Shown piece after piece: positions 23,822-36,553 of a stretch of 64,000 nucleotides of DNA; position 1 is the first letter of the stretch, and the number at the start of each line of letters is the position of its first letter. The DNA is taken from the NCBI GenBank assembly GCA_964454485.1, contig CAYVXO010000002.1:2218-66217 (forward strand), written 5' to 3'. Position numbers and translations under genes: made by a program. The stretch comes from an uncultured Rubrivivax sp. GTDB lineage: Bacteria > Pseudomonadota > Gammaproteobacteria > Burkholderiales > Burkholderiaceae_C. The notes below the pieces were generated by a model. The model saw only the letters and a list, made by a program, of their open reading frames with translations. It was not told the origin of the DNA and did no database searches.

Positions 23822-24262
23822 TCGCTATTCGTCTTCCGGGGCGGGCCGGTCTTGACGTTGGACGCGAAGGGGCGGGTGACCGTTCCTTCGCGCTGGCGCG
23901 ACGTGCTCATGGCCACCGTGAACGGGCAGCTGGTGATCGCGAAGGACCCCGCGCGCTGCCTCACGCTGTACCCGCGCCCGATCTGGGAAGCCTTCGAACG
24001 CGAGCTGGACAAGCTGCCGATGAAGGACGACGGCTGGCGGCGCCTGTTCATCGGCAGCGCGCAGGACGTGGAACTGGACAGTGCCTCGCGCGTGCTGGTG
24101 CCGCCCGAACTTCGGGCCTGGGCATCGTTGACGCGCGACGTGGTCTTCATGGGCGTGGGCGACCGCTTCGAATTGTGGGACAAGGACCGCCTGGCGGCGA
24201 GCGAGCTCATGGTCATCGGCGGCGGCCTGCCCGAAGGGCTGAGCAACCGGGTGCGCGCATGA
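23819..24262 (+). CDS. mraZ: division/cell wall cluster repressor MraZ
   Basis: [20 protein letters not shown]; start codon uncertain. Confidence 0.92.
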   Translation: MSLFVFRGGPVLTLDAKGRVTVPSRWRDVLMATVNGQLVIAKDPARCLTLYPRPIWEAFERELDKLPMKDDGWRRLFIGSAQDVELDSASRVLVPPELRAWASLTRDVVFMGVGDRFELWDKDRLAASELMVIGGGLPEGLSNRVRA

Positions 24263-25191
24263 ACAGCGTCGCCTTCGAACACACCACCGTTCTGCTCGCC
24301 GAGGCGGTGGACGCGCTCGTCACCGACCCCGCCGGCATCTACGTCGACGGCACCTTCGGCCGCGGCGGCCATTCGCGCGCCGTGCTGGCACGGCTGGCGG
24401 CCGAAGGCCGGCTCATCGCCTTCGACCGCGACCCCGCGGCGGTGGCCGCCGCGGGCACGATCGACGACCGCCGCTTCGCGATCCGCCACGCCAGCTTCGC
24501 CGCCATGCGCGACGAACTGGCCGCGCTCGGCATCGCGAAAGTCAACGGCGTGCTGCTCGACCTGGGCGTGAGCTCGCCGCAGATCGACGACCCTTCGCGC
24601 GGGTTCAGCTTCCGCTTCGACGCGCCGCTGGACATGCGCATGGACACGACCCGCGGCGAAACGGCCGCGGACTTCCTGGCCCGCGCCGACGAGCGCACCC
24701 TTGCACAGGTGATCCGCGACTATGGGGAAGAACGGTTTGCTGTACCGATTGCAAAGGCGATTGCTGCTCGCCGGCAAGGCGGGCGTCCACTTCGAACCAC
24801 CGGCGAACTTTCCGCGCTCGTGGCTGGTGCAGTCAAAACCCGCGAGCCGGGCCAGGACCCTGCTACGCGCACATTTCAGGCTCTTCGGATTTTCGTCAAC
24901 GCCGAGCTTGAGGCGCTCGAACAAGGGCTGAAGGCCGCGCTCGAGCTGCTCGCGCCGCAGGGCCGGCTGGTGGTGATCAGCTTCCATTCGCTGGAAGACC
25001 GCATCGTCAAGACCTTCATCGCGAAGGAAAGCCGCGACGAGCCCGACCGCCGTGCCCCCTTCGCGCCGCCGCGCGCGCTGCGCCTGCATGCGCTGGGCCG
25101 CGTGAAGCCTTCCGCGTCCGAGCTGGCGGCCAACCCGCGGGCGCGCTCGGCCGTGATGCGGGTGGCCGAACGCACCGGGGTGGGCGCTTGA
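24259..25191 (+). CDS. rsmH: 16S rRNA m4C1402 methyltransferase
   Basis: [33 protein letters not shown]. Confidence 0.96.
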   Translation: MNSVAFEHTTVLLAEAVDALVTDPAGIYVDGTFGRGGHSRAVLARLAAEGRLIAFDRDPAAVAAAGTIDDRRFAIRHASFAAMRDELAALGIAKVNGVLLDLGVSSPQIDDPSRGFSFRFDAPLDMRMDTTRGETAADFLARADERTLAQVIRDYGEERFAVPIAKAIAARRQGGRPLRTTGELSALVAGAVKTREPGQDPATRTFQALRIFVNAELEALEQGLKAALELLAPQGRLVVISFHSLEDRIVKTFIAKESRDEPDRRAPFAPPRALRLHALGRVKPSASELAANPRARSAVMRVAERTGVGA

Positions 25192-25475
25192 CCAAGCTGA
25201 ACCTGCTGCTGCTGCTCGCGCTCCTGGCCAGCGCGCTGCTGCTGGTGCGCACCTCGTTCGAGGGCCGCCGCGTCTACGCCGCGCTGGACCGCGCGCGCGG
25301 CGAAGAGGCGCAGCTCGAAGCCGAATACAAGCGCCTGGACGCCGAGCGCCAGTCGCAGGCCACCCACCTGCGCGTGGAGCGCGTCGCGCGCGAGAAGCTC
25401 GCCATGCGCAACGCCACGCCGGCGGTCACGCAGTACGTGCAAGACGTGCCGGCCGCTTCGGGAGCCGCGCGATGA
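25188..25475 (+). CDS. ftsL: cell division protein FtsL
   Basis: TM helix plus coiled coil; position in dcw. Confidence 0.88.
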   Translation: MTKLNLLLLLALLASALLLVRTSFEGRRVYAALDRARGEEAQLEAEYKRLDAERQSQATHLRVERVAREKLAMRNATPAVTQYVQDVPAASGAAR

Positions 25476-27232
25476 GGAAGGCCGCGCGCCCGCTCGCCAG
25501 CCGCAGCGTCAACTACGCCACCAGCCCGCTGCTGGCGAGCAAGACGCCGCCCTGGCGCTCGCGCTTCGCGGTCGTGCTGGTGGCGGCGGCGTTCGCGGTG
25601 CTGCTCGGCCGCGCGGTGTGGATCCAGATCATCGACAGCGGCTTCTACCTCAAGCAGGGCGAGAAGCGCTACGCGCACCAGCTCGAGCTGCCGGCCAGCC
25701 GCGGGCGCATCCTCGACCGCAACGGGCTCGTGCTCGCCACCTCGGTGCCGGCACCTTCGGTGTGGGTGCTGCCGAAGGACTTCCAGGCCGACGCCGCGCA
25801 GCGCAAGGCGCTGCTGAAGCTGCTGGGCATCACGAATGCCGAGCTCGAGACGCGCCTCGAAGGCAACCCCAACTTCGGCTGGCTGCGCCGCCAGGTCGAC
25901 GAATCGGTGTGGGAGCAGGTGAAGGCGCTGAACATCAAGGGCGTCTACCAGGTGCGCGAGTTCAAGCGCCGCTACCCGGAAGGCGAGGCCGCGGCGCACG
26001 TGGTCGGCTTCACCAATGTCGAAGACAAGGGCCAGGAAGGCATCGAGCTGCGCTTCCAGAAGGAACTGCAGGGCCGCGACGGCCAGCGCGTCGTGGCCAA
26101 GGACCGCCTGGGCCGCGTGGTGGAGGAACTCGCCGACCAGACCGACGCCGTCAACGGCGAGGACGTGCAGCTCTCGATCGATTCGAAGGTGCAGTTCTTC
26201 GCCTACCAGCGCGTGCGCGACGCGGTGGCCGAGCATGGCGCCAAGGCCGGCAGCGTGGTGGTGCTGGACGTGCAGACCGGCGAGGTGTTGGCGCTCGCCA
26301 ACTACCCCAGCTTCAACCCGGCCGACCGCCAGAACCTGAACTTCCAGCAGATGCGCAACCGCGCGCTCACCGACATCTTCGAACCCGGCTCGACGATGAA
26401 GCCCTTCGTCGCCTCGATCGCGCTCGACAGCGGCCGCGTGACGCCGGAGACGCGCTTCGACACCAGCCCCGGCCGCATCACGATCACCGGCTCGACGATC
26501 AGCGATTCGCATCCGCACGGCGTGCTCTCGGTGCGCGAGATCATCCAGAAGTCCAGCAACGTCGGCACCGTCAAGATGGCGATGCAGATGCAGCCGCGCG
26601 AGATGTGGGAGATGTTCACCCAGGTCGGCCTGGGGCAGAAGCCGCAGATCGACTTCCCCGGCGCCATCACCGGCCGCCTGCGGCCGTACAAGACCTGGCG
26701 CCCGATCGAGCAGGCCACCATGAGCTACGGCTACGGCCTGTCGGCCAGCCTGTTCCAGCTGGCGCGCGCCTACACCGCCTTCGCGCGCGACGGCGAGGTG
26801 ATCCCGGTCTCCATCCTCAAGCAGGACCACGCCCAGCCCGGCGTGCAGGTGATGAAGCCCGACACCGCGCGTGCCGTGCGCGAGATGCTGCACCTGGTCA
26901 CGCTGCCCGGCGGCACCGCGCCCAAGGCGCAGGCCATCGGCTATTCGGTCGGCGGCAAGACCGGCACCGCGCGCAAGCAGGAAGGGCGCAACTACACCAA
27001 CAAGTACCGCGCCTGGTTCGTCGGCGTCGCGCCCATCAGCGCGCCGCGCATCGTGGTGGCGGTGATGGTCGACGAGCCCAGCAAGGGTTCGTTCTTCGGC
27101 GGCGACGTCGCCGCGCCGGTGTTCAGCCAGGTGGTGCAGAACACGCTGCGCATGATGGGCGTGCCGCCGGACATCGAGGTGAAGGCGCAGATCGTCGCCA
27201 AGCCGGTGGCCAGCGAGCCGGAGAGCTTCTGA
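25472..27232 (+). CDS. ftsI: peptidoglycan transpeptidase PBP3
   Basis: EPGSTMK, SSN, KTG. Confidence 0.96.
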   Translation: MRKAARPLASRSVNYATSPLLASKTPPWRSRFAVVLVAAAFAVLLGRAVWIQIIDSGFYLKQGEKRYAHQLELPASRGRILDRNGLVLATSVPAPSVWVLPKDFQADAAQRKALLKLLGITNAELETRLEGNPNFGWLRRQVDESVWEQVKALNIKGVYQVREFKRRYPEGEAAAHVVGFTNVEDKGQEGIELRFQKELQGRDGQRVVAKDRLGRVVEELADQTDAVNGEDVQLSIDSKVQFFAYQRVRDAVAEHGAKAGSVVVLDVQTGEVLALANYPSFNPADRQNLNFQQMRNRALTDIFEPGSTMKPFVASIALDSGRVTPETRFDTSPGRITITGSTISDSHPHGVLSVREIIQKSSNVGTVKMAMQMQPREMWEMFTQVGLGQKPQIDFPGAITGRLRPYKTWRPIEQATMSYGYGLSASLFQLARAYTAFARDGEVIPVSILKQDHAQPGVQVMKPDTARAVREMLHLVTLPGGTAPKAQAIGYSVGGKTGTARKQEGRNYTNKYRAWFVGVAPISAPRIVVAVMVDEPSKGSFFGGDVAAPVFSQVVQNTLRMMGVPPDIEVKAQIVAKPVASEPESF

Positions 27233-27238
27233 AGGGCC

Positions 27239-28729
27239 ATGGCGCTGACGAAACTCCAATCCCCCGAAGACGCCGCGCGCTGGCTGCGCGAGCGCGTCAC
27301 CGGCACGCTGCGCCAGGACAGCCGGCATCTTCAGCCGGGCGACGGCTTCATCGCCTGGCCGGGTGCCGCCACCGACGGCCGCCGCTTCGTGCCGCAGGCC
27401 CTGGCCGCGGGCGCGGCGGCCTGCCTGGTGGAGCACCACAAGGTCGACCGCTACGGCTTCGACGACCCGCGCATCGCCACCCTGGCGGGGATGAAGGCCG
27501 CCACCGGGCCGGTGGCCGACCTCTTCTTCGGCCAGCCCGGCGCGCGGCTGCAGAAGGTGGCCACCACCGGCACCAACGGCAAAACCAGCACCGCCTGGTG
27601 GACCGCGCAGGCGCTCACGCTGCTGGGGCGCCGCTGCGGCGTCGTCGGCACGCTGGGCATCGGCGTGCCGCCTGCGGACGTCAAGTCCACCGGCCTCACC
27701 ACGCCCGACCCGGTGACGCTGCACGCCGCGTTCCGCCGCTTCGCCGACGAAGGCTTTGCCGCCTGCGCGCTCGAAGCCAGCTCGATCGGCCTCGACGAGC
27801 AGCGGCTCGAAGGCGTGGCCTTCGACGTCGCCCTGTTCACCAACTTCACGCGCGACCACCTGGACTACCACGGCAGCATGGAAGCCTACTGGGCGGCCAA
27901 GCGGCGCCTGTTCTCGTGGCCCGGGCTGCGTTCGGCCGTCGTCAACGTGGACGACCGCGCCGGCGAACGGCTGGCGGCCGAACTGGCCGAACGACCCGGC
28001 AGCCCGGACCTGTGGACCGTGTCGGCGGCGCGCCGCGCCCGCCTGGTCGCCGAGGGCCTGCACTACGAAGGCGGCGGCCTGGCCTTCACGCTGCGCGAAG
28101 GCAGCGCCACCGTCTCGGTGAAGAGCTCCCTGGTGGGCGAGTTCAACGCCAGCAACCTGCTGGTGGTCCTGGGCGGGCTGCGCGCGCTGGGCGTGCCGCT
28201 GATCCATGCCGCCGCCGTGGTGCCGCGCCTGCAGCCGGTGCCGGGCCGCCTGCAGCGCGTGGGCGACGCCGCGCTCGAGGTGGTGGTCGACTACGCCCAC
28301 ACGCCGGACGCGCTGGAGAAGGTGCTGCAGGCGCTGCGCCCGCTGGCGCAGGCGCGGGGCGGCCGCCTGTGGTGCGTGTTCGGCTGCGGCGGCAATCGCG
28401 ACGCCACCAAGCGGCCGATGATGGGCGCCATCGCCGCCCGCCTGGCCGACCGCGTGGTCATCACGAGCGACAACCCGCGCGACGAGACGCCTTCGCTGAT
28501 CCTGGCGCAGATCCTGGCCGGCGTGGCCGGCCACGACGAGGTCGACGTCATCGAGGACCGGCGCGAAGCCATCGTCGAGGCGATCAACGGCGCCGCCGAC
28601 GGCGACGTGATCCTGCTCGCCGGCAAGGGCCACGAGGACTACCAGGAAGTGCGCGGCGAACGGCTGCCCTTCCACGACGAGACGGTGGCCCGCGCCGCGC
28701 TGGCGCAGCGGCGGAAGGCGGCCGCATGA
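27239..28729 (+). CDS. murE: UDP-MurNAc-dipeptide:meso-DAP ligase
   Basis: TGTNGKT, DNPR, GKGHE. Confidence 0.96.
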   Translation: MALTKLQSPEDAARWLRERVTGTLRQDSRHLQPGDGFIAWPGAATDGRRFVPQALAAGAAACLVEHHKVDRYGFDDPRIATLAGMKAATGPVADLFFGQPGARLQKVATTGTNGKTSTAWWTAQALTLLGRRCGVVGTLGIGVPPADVKSTGLTTPDPVTLHAAFRRFADEGFAACALEASSIGLDEQRLEGVAFDVALFTNFTRDHLDYHGSMEAYWAAKRRLFSWPGLRSAVVNVDDRAGERLAAELAERPGSPDLWTVSAARRARLVAEGLHYEGGGLAFTLREGSATVSVKSSLVGEFNASNLLVVLGGLRALGVPLIHAAAVVPRLQPVPGRLQRVGDAALEVVVDYAHTPDALEKVLQALRPLAQARGGRLWCVFGCGGNRDATKRPMMGAIAARLADRVVITSDNPRDETPSLILAQILAGVAGHDEVDVIEDRREAIVEAINGAADGDVILLAGKGHEDYQEVRGERLPFHDETVARAALAQRRKAAA

Positions 28730-30084
28730 GCGGCACGATGTTCACGCTGCGCGAGGCGGCTTCGCTGGTGCCGGGCGCGGTGGTCGTCGGTGACGGCAAC
28801 ACCGTGGTCTCGCGCGTCGCCAGCGACACCCGCACGCTGCAGCCCGGCGACCTGTTCGTGGCGCTGCGCGGCGAGCGTTTCGACGCCCACGACTTCCTGC
28901 CGCAGGCGAAGGCCGCCGGCGCCGCCGCGGCGATCGCCGAACGCGGGCTCGAAGCCGCCGGCCTGCCCGGTCTGCAGGTGCCCGACACGCTGCGCGCGCT
29001 GCAGCAGCTGGGCGCGGCCTGGCGCGCGCGCTTCGCGCTGCCGCTCGTCGCCGTCACCGGCAGCAACGGCAAGACCACGGTGACGCAGATGGTGGCGTCC
29101 ATCCTGCGCGCCGCCTTCGGCGACGCCGCCTTCGCGACGCGCGGCAACCTGAACAACCACATCGGCGTGCCGCTCACGCTGCTGCGGCTGGCGCGCATTC
29201 ACAAGGCCGGCGTGGTGGAACTGGGCATGAACCACCCGGGCGAGATCGGCGAGCTGGCCGCGATCGCGAAGCCGACCATCGCGCTCGTCAACAACGCGCA
29301 GCGCGAGCACCAGGAATTCATGACCAGCGTCGAGGCGGTGGCGCGCGAGAACGGCGCCGCGATCGAGGCGCTGCCGGCCGACGGCACCGCCGTCTTCCCG
29401 GCCGACGACGCCTACGCGCCGCTGTGGCGCACGCTCGCCGGGCGCCGGCGCGTGATCACCTTCGCGCTCGAAGCCGAGGCCGACGTCTGCGGCCACGCCG
29501 AGCCGCAGGGCGCCGGCTGGGCGCTGCACGCGGCCACGCCCACCGGCGAGTTGCGCACCACGCTGCACGTGGCCGGCCGCCACAACGCGAAGAACGCGCT
29601 CGCCGCCGCCGCCTGCGCGCTGGCGGCTGGCGTGGAGCTGCCCGCCATCGCGCGCGGCCTCGCCGACTTCCGCCCGGTCGCCGGCCGCTCGGCCGCGCAC
29701 ACGCTGAACTGGCGCGGGCGCGAGGTGGTGCTGGTCGACGACAGCTACAACGCCAACCCCGACTCGGTGCTCGCCGCCATCGAGGTGCTGGCCGCGCTGC
29801 CCGCGCCGCGCTGGCTGGTGCTGGGCGACATGGGCGAGGTCGGCGAACGCGGCCCCGAGTTCCACGCCGAGGTCGGTGCCTTCGCACGCCGGCGCAGCAT
29901 CGAAACCGTGTGGACCGCGGGCACGCTCTCGGCGCACGCGCAGGCCACGCGCCACTTCGCCGACGTGCCAGCGCTGCTGGCGGCCCTGCCCGAAGCGCCG
30001 GCCGCCGCGTCGGTGCTGGTGAAGGGCTCGCGCTTCATGGCGATGGAACGCGTCGTCAAGGCGCTGCAGCAGGAGGCCGCGTAG
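28726..30084 (+). CDS. murF: UDP-MurNAc-tripeptide:D-Ala-D-Ala ligase
   Basis: TGSNGKTT, NNHIGVP, DSYNANP, KGSR. Confidence 0.96.
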   Translation: MSGTMFTLREAASLVPGAVVVGDGNTVVSRVASDTRTLQPGDLFVALRGERFDAHDFLPQAKAAGAAAAIAERGLEAAGLPGLQVPDTLRALQQLGAAWRARFALPLVAVTGSNGKTTVTQMVASILRAAFGDAAFATRGNLNNHIGVPLTLLRLARIHKAGVVELGMNHPGEIGELAAIAKPTIALVNNAQREHQEFMTSVEAVARENGAAIEALPADGTAVFPADDAYAPLWRTLAGRRRVITFALEAEADVCGHAEPQGAGWALHAATPTGELRTTLHVAGRHNAKNALAAAACALAAGVELPAIARGLADFRPVAGRSAAHTLNWRGREVVLVDDSYNANPDSVLAAIEVLAALPAPRWLVLGDMGEVGERGPEFHAEVGAFARRRSIETVWTAGTLSAHAQATRHFADVPALLAALPEAPAAASVLVKGSRFMAMERVVKALQQEAA

Positions 30085-31266
30085 ATGCTGCCGGCGCTGG
30101 CGCAACTGCTCTATTCCGTCTCGCCCGACGGACTGGGTTTCCTGCGCGTCTTCCAGTACCTGACCTTCCGCGCCGTGATGGCGGCGATGACCGCGCTGCT
30201 CATCGGCCTGGCCTTCGGGCAGCTGGTGATCCGCCGCCTCACGGAGATGAAGATCGGCCAGCCGATCCGCGAGTACGGCGTCGCGGCCCACCTGGGCAAG
30301 CGAGGCACGCCCACGATGGGCGGGGTGCTGGTGCTCATCGGCATCGGCGTCTCGACGCTGCTGTGGTTCGACTGGAGCAACCGCTTCGTCTGGATCGTGA
30401 TGGTGGTGACCTTCGGCTTCGGCACCATCGGCTGGGTCGACGACTGGCGCAAGGTGGTCAAGAAGGACCCCGAGGGCATGCCCTCGCGCGAGAAGTTCTT
30501 CTGGCAGTCCATCATCGGCCTGGTGGCGGCGCTGTACCTGGCCTTCAGCGTCAGCGAGACCTCCAACCTGCGCGTGCTGGAGCTCTTCCTGCGCTGGGTC
30601 ACCAGCGGCTTCAGCAACGAGCTGCCGCCCAAGGCCGACCTGATGGTGCCGTTCTTCAAGACGGTGAGCTACCCGCTCGGCGTCTACGGCTTCATCGCGC
30701 TGTCGTGGTTCGTGATCGTCGGCGCCAGCAACGCGGTGAACTTCACCGACGGGTTGGACGGCCTGGCCATCATGCCGGTGGTGATGGTGGGCTCGGCGCT
30801 CGGCATCTTCGCCTACATCGTCGGCCGCGCCGACTACTCGCGCTACCTGCTGTTCCCGCACATCCCGGGCGCGGGCGAACTGCTCGTCTTCTGCGCCGCG
30901 ATGGCCGGCGCCGGGCTGGCCTTCCTGTGGTTCAACGCCAACCCGGCGCAGGTGTTCATGGGCGACGTGGGCGCGCTGTCGCTCGGCGGCGCGCTCGGCA
31001 CGGTGGCCGTCATCACGCGGCAGGAGATCGTGCTCGGGATCATGGGCGGCATCTTCGTCGTCGAGGCGCTCTCGGTGATGCTGCAGGTGAGCTGGTTCAA
31101 GTACACCAAGCGCCGCTACGGCGAGGGCCGGCGCATCTTCCTGATGGCGCCGCTGCACCACCACTTCGAGAAGAAGGGCTGGACCGAGACCCAGGTCGTG
31201 GTCCGCTTCTGGATCATCACCATGCTCCTGTGCCTGATCGGCCTGGCCAGCCTCAAACTGCGATGA
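30085..31266 (+). CDS. mraY: phospho-MurNAc-pentapeptide transferase
   Basis: [30 protein letters not shown]. Confidence 0.97.
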   Translation: MLPALAQLLYSVSPDGLGFLRVFQYLTFRAVMAAMTALLIGLAFGQLVIRRLTEMKIGQPIREYGVAAHLGKRGTPTMGGVLVLIGIGVSTLLWFDWSNRFVWIVMVVTFGFGTIGWVDDWRKVVKKDPEGMPSREKFFWQSIIGLVAALYLAFSVSETSNLRVLELFLRWVTSGFSNELPPKADLMVPFFKTVSYPLGVYGFIALSWFVIVGASNAVNFTDGLDGLAIMPVVMVGSALGIFAYIVGRADYSRYLLFPHIPGAGELLVFCAAMAGAGLAFLWFNANPAQVFMGDVGALSLGGALGTVAVITRQEIVLGIMGGIFVVEALSVMLQVSWFKYTKRRYGEGRRIFLMAPLHHHFEKKGWTETQVVVRFWIITMLLCLIGLASLKLR

Positions 31267-32771
31267 GCGACGACCTCCGCCACAACGTGCTGGTCCTGGG
31301 CCTGGGCGAGAGCGGCCTCGCGATGGCGCGCTGGTGCACGCGCTTGGGGCTGGCCGTGCGCGTCTGGGACTCGCGCGAGCAGCCGCCCGGCGCCGAGGCG
31401 CTGCGCGCCGAATGCCCCGAAGCGCTGCTGCTGAACGGCGAGCTGACGCGCGAGCAGGTGCAAGGCGTCGACCGCCTGCTCAAGAGCCCGGGCCTGGCGC
31501 CGCACGACGCGCGCATCGCCGCCGCGCTGGACGAGGCGCGCATGCGCGGCCTGCCGGTGCAGGGTGAGCTGGACCTCTTCGCGCAGGCGCTCGCGCACCT
31601 GAAGCGCGAGCGCGACTACGCGCCCCAGGTCGTCGCCATCACCGGCACCAACGGCAAGACCACCACCACCGCGATGACCGGGTTGCTGGTCGAACGCGCG
31701 GGTCGCAGCGTGGCGGTGGCCGGCAACATCGGCCCGACGATGCTGGACACGCTGGCCGCGCGCTGGGACGACCTGCCGCAGGTCTGGGTGCTGGAACTCT
31801 CCAGCTTCCAGTTGGACGGCATCACCGGCTTCGAACCCGACGCCGCCACCGTGCTCAACGTGACGCAGGACCACCTGGACTGGCACGGCTCGATGGCCGC
31901 CTACGCCGCCGCGAAGGCGCGCATCTTCGGCGAGCGCGCGGTGATGGTGATCAACCGCGACGACGAACGTGTCGAGCAGATGATCCCCGTGCCCGTGGCG
32001 CCGGTGAAGGGCAAGACCAAGCCGGTGGAGCGCAGCGTGATCCGCTTCGGGCTCGACGCGCCGAAGCGCCCGGGCGACTTCGGCCTCGTCGTCGAGAACG
32101 GCATGGCCTGGCTGGTGCGCGCGCTGCCCGCCGACGAGACGGTGAAGCGCAAGAAAGACGAGGAGGAAGAGATCCACCTCCAGCGCCTGATGCCCGCCGA
32201 CGCGCTGCGCGTGCGCGGCCGCCACAACGCGGCCAACGCGCTCGCCGCGCTGGCGCTGGCCACCGCCATCGGCTGCCCGCTGGCGCCCATGCTGCACGGC
32301 CTGCGCGAATACGAAGGCGAGCCGCACCGCGTGCAGTTCATCGGCAAGGTCGGCGAGGTGGAGGTCTTCGACGACAGCAAGGGCACCAACGTCGGCGCCA
32401 CCGTGGCCGCGCTGGAAGGCCTGGGGGCCGACAAGGCGCCGGCCAAGCTGGTCGTCATCCTGGGCGGCGACGGCAAGGGGCAGGACTTCTCGCCGCTGTC
32501 GCTGCCGGTGCAGCGCCACGCGCGCGCGGTGGCCACCATCGGCCGCGACGCGACGGCGATCGAGAACGTGCTCGGCGGCGTGCCGCTGGCGCGCCACGAG
32601 ACGCTGGAAGCCGCGGTGGCCTGGTGCTTCGAGCAGGCGCTGCCGGGCGACGCGGTGCTGCTGTCGCCGGCCTGCGCCAGCCTGGACATGTTCCGCAACT
32701 ACGGCCACCGCGCGCAGGTCTTCGCCGACGCGGTGCGCGCGCTCGCCGAAGACAGGGGGCAGGTCGCATGA
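31263..32771 (+). CDS. murD: UDP-MurNAc-L-Ala:D-Glu ligase
   Basis: [26 protein letters not shown]. Confidence 0.96.
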   Translation: MSDDLRHNVLVLGLGESGLAMARWCTRLGLAVRVWDSREQPPGAEALRAECPEALLLNGELTREQVQGVDRLLKSPGLAPHDARIAAALDEARMRGLPVQGELDLFAQALAHLKRERDYAPQVVAITGTNGKTTTTAMTGLLVERAGRSVAVAGNIGPTMLDTLAARWDDLPQVWVLELSSFQLDGITGFEPDAATVLNVTQDHLDWHGSMAAYAAAKARIFGERAVMVINRDDERVEQMIPVPVAPVKGKTKPVERSVIRFGLDAPKRPGDFGLVVENGMAWLVRALPADETVKRKKDEEEEIHLQRLMPADALRVRGRHNAANALAALALATAIGCPLAPMLHGLREYEGEPHRVQFIGKVGEVEVFDDSKGTNVGATVAALEGLGADKAPAKLVVILGGDGKGQDFSPLSLPVQRHARAVATIGRDATAIENVLGGVPLARHETLEAAVAWCFEQALPGDAVLLSPACASLDMFRNYGHRAQVFADAVRALAEDRGQVA

Positions 32772-34012
32772 TCGGGATCGGCGCCCTCAAGGGCTGGTGG
32801 GCTGCGCGCGCCGAGGCGCGGCCGCGCGCGCTGCCGGTGCGCGACAACATCGACATCGCCGGCGCGCGGCCGACGCGCCTGTCCAGCTTCGACCAGCCGC
32901 TGGTGATGGTGGTGGGTGCGCTGCTGGCGCTGGGGCTGGTGATGGTCTATTCGGCCTCGGTCGCGATGGGCGACAACCCGCGCTTCGTCGCCTTCAGCCC
33001 CAACTACTTCCTCACCCGCCACCTGATGGCGCTGGCCATCGGGCTTGTCGTCGCGCTCGCCACGGTGCAGGTGCCGGTGGCCTTCTGGGAGAAGCGTGCG
33101 CCCTGGATCCTGGTCGGTGCGCTGGTGCTGCTGGTGGTGGTGCTGCTGCCCTTCGTCGGCAAGGTGGTCAACAACTCGCGCCGCTGGATCCCGCTTGGCG
33201 TCATGAACTTCCAGCCCAGCGAGCTGGGCAAGCTGGCGATCGCGATGTACGCCGCCAGCTACATGGTGCGCAAGATGGACGTGAAGGAGAACTTCTTCAA
33301 GGCCGTCTGGCCGATGGTGGTGGCGGTGGCCTTCATCGGCCTGCTGCTGCTGCGCGAGCCCGACATGGGCGCCTTCATCGTCATCGCCACCATCGCGATG
33401 GGCGTGCTGTTCCTGGGCGGCGTCAACGGCCGCATGTTCTTCCTCGTCGCGGCCGTCATCGTCGCGACCTTCGCGCTCATCATCGCCTTCGACGACCTGC
33501 GGCGCGAACGCATCCTGGCCTACCTGGACCCGTGGAACCCGAAGTGGGCGCAGGGCAAGGCCTACCAGCTCACGCATTCGCTCATCGCCTTCGGCCGCGG
33601 CGAGATCTTCGGCCAGGGCCTGGGCGGCAGCCTGGAGAAGCTGCACTACCTGCCGGAAGCGCACACCGACTTCCTGCTCGCCGTCATCGGCGAGGAACTG
33701 GGCTTCGTCGGCGTGGCCAGCGTGATCGTGCTGTTCTTCTGGCTCACGCGGCGCATCTTCTCGATCGGCCGCCAGGCGATCGCGCTCGACCGCGTGTTCG
33801 CCGGCCTCATGGTGCAGGGCATCGGCATCTGGTTCGGCGGCCAGGCCTTCATCAACATGGGCGTCAACCTGGGCGTGCTGCCCACCAAGGGCCTGACGCT
33901 GCCGCTGATGAGCTACGGCGGCTCGGCGATCCTGATGAACCTGGTGGCGATCGCGATGGTGGTTCGCGTCGATCTGGAGAACCGGGCGCTCATGCGCGGA
34001 GGGCGTGCGTGA
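32768..34012 (+). CDS. ftsW: SEDS peptidoglycan polymerase FtsW
   Basis: [17 protein letters not shown]. Confidence 0.95.
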   Translation: MIGIGALKGWWAARAEARPRALPVRDNIDIAGARPTRLSSFDQPLVMVVGALLALGLVMVYSASVAMGDNPRFVAFSPNYFLTRHLMALAIGLVVALATVQVPVAFWEKRAPWILVGALVLLVVVLLPFVGKVVNNSRRWIPLGVMNFQPSELGKLAIAMYAASYMVRKMDVKENFFKAVWPMVVAVAFIGLLLLREPDMGAFIVIATIAMGVLFLGGVNGRMFFLVAAVIVATFALIIAFDDLRRERILAYLDPWNPKWAQGKAYQLTHSLIAFGRGEIFGQGLGGSLEKLHYLPEAHTDFLLAVIGEELGFVGVASVIVLFFWLTRRIFSIGRQAIALDRVFAGLMVQGIGIWFGGQAFINMGVNLGVLPTKGLTLPLMSYGGSAILMNLVAIAMVVRVDLENRALMRGGRA

Positions 34013-34080
34013 GCCGGCGCCGGGCCGCCCCAAGCCGGCTCACCCCCTCGGGGGGCGGGTGCGCAGCGCCCTGGGGGCAC
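34009..34080. repeat. REP-like palindromic intergenic element
   Basis: GTGAGCCGGC/GCCGGCTCAC inverted pair and CCCCCTCGGGGG hairpin; only one copy seen in the window. Confidence 0.5.
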
Positions 34081-34082
34081 AC

Positions 34083-35152
34083 ATGAGCCATCTGGTGATC
34101 ATGGCGGCCGGCACCGGCGGCCACATCATCCCCGGCCTCGCGGTGGCACGCGAGATGGCGCGCCGCGGCTGGAGCGTGAGCTGGCTGGGCACCAAGACCG
34201 GCATGGAAAACCAGCTCGTGCCCAAGGCCGGCATCGTGCTGGACGCCATCGGCTTCAGCGGCCTCCGCGGCAAGGGATTCGTGCAGGCCATGACCGGCGG
34301 CCTGCGTTTGCTCAAGGCCTTCTGGGACTGCCTGCTCATCCTGCGCCGCCGCGGCACGAACGCGGTGCTGGGCATGGGCGGCTACGTGTGCTTCCCGGGC
34401 GGCATGATGGCCAGCCTGCTGGGCAAGCCGCTGGTGCTGGTGAACGCCGACGCGGCGATGCTGCTGTCCAACCGGGCGCTGCTGCCGGTGGCCGACCGCG
34501 TGGCCTTCGGCTTCGAAGGCGAGGCGGCGCGCAAGACGAAGAACGCCATCGTCACCGGCAACCCGGTGCGCGCCGAGATCGAGCAGATGCCCGAGCCGGC
34601 CGAACGCTTCCGCGGCCGCAGCGGCCCGCTGCAGCTGCTGGTGGTGGGCGGCAGCCTGGGTGCGAAGGTGCTCAACGAGAACCTGCCGAAGGCGCTGGCG
34701 CTGATCGACCCCGCAGCGCGCCCGGTGGTCGTCCACCAGGCCGGCGCCGCCCATGCCGACGCGGTGCGCGCCGCCTATGCCGAAGCGGGTGTGGCCGCCG
34801 AGGTGCTGCCCTTCATCGACGACATGCCGCGCCGCCTGGCCGACTGCGACCTGATGGTCTGCCGCTCGGGCGCCATCACGGTGAGCGAGCTGTGCGCGGC
34901 CGGCGTGCCTTCGGTGCTGGTGCCGCTGGTCATCAGCACCACGGCGCACCAGCGCGACAACGCCGAGTTCATGGCGCGCCAGGGCGCGGCGCTGCACCTG
35001 CCGCAAGGCGAGCTGACGCCGCACAAGCTGGCCGAGCTGCTGCGCGGCATGGACCGCGAGGCGCTGGTCGCGATGGCGACAAAGGCGCGCGCTTGCGCCA
35101 AGCCGCAGGCGGCGGCGCGCGTGGCCGACCTCATCGAGGGGCTCACCAAATC

Positions 35153-35156
<4 letters not shown>
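34083..35156 (+). CDS. murG: lipid II GlcNAc transferase
   Basis: AGTGGH, GNPVR, GGSLGA, HQRDNA. Confidence 0.96.

Positions 35157-36549
<1,393 letters not shown>

Positions 36550-36553
<4 letters not shown>

Noticed and set aside
25274..28675. Long antisense ORFs over the dcw, fad and ABC genes
   Set aside because: In-register shadows of GC-biased coding strands with no recognisable motifs
25618..30084. 1488-aa ORF and similar long ORFs (29424-32771, 13714-16092, 7329-9614, 4271-6337, 55155-57887) as fusion proteins
   Set aside because: Real genes with spurious Arg/Ala/Gly-rich upstream extensions in off-frames, caused by stop-codon scarcity at high GC
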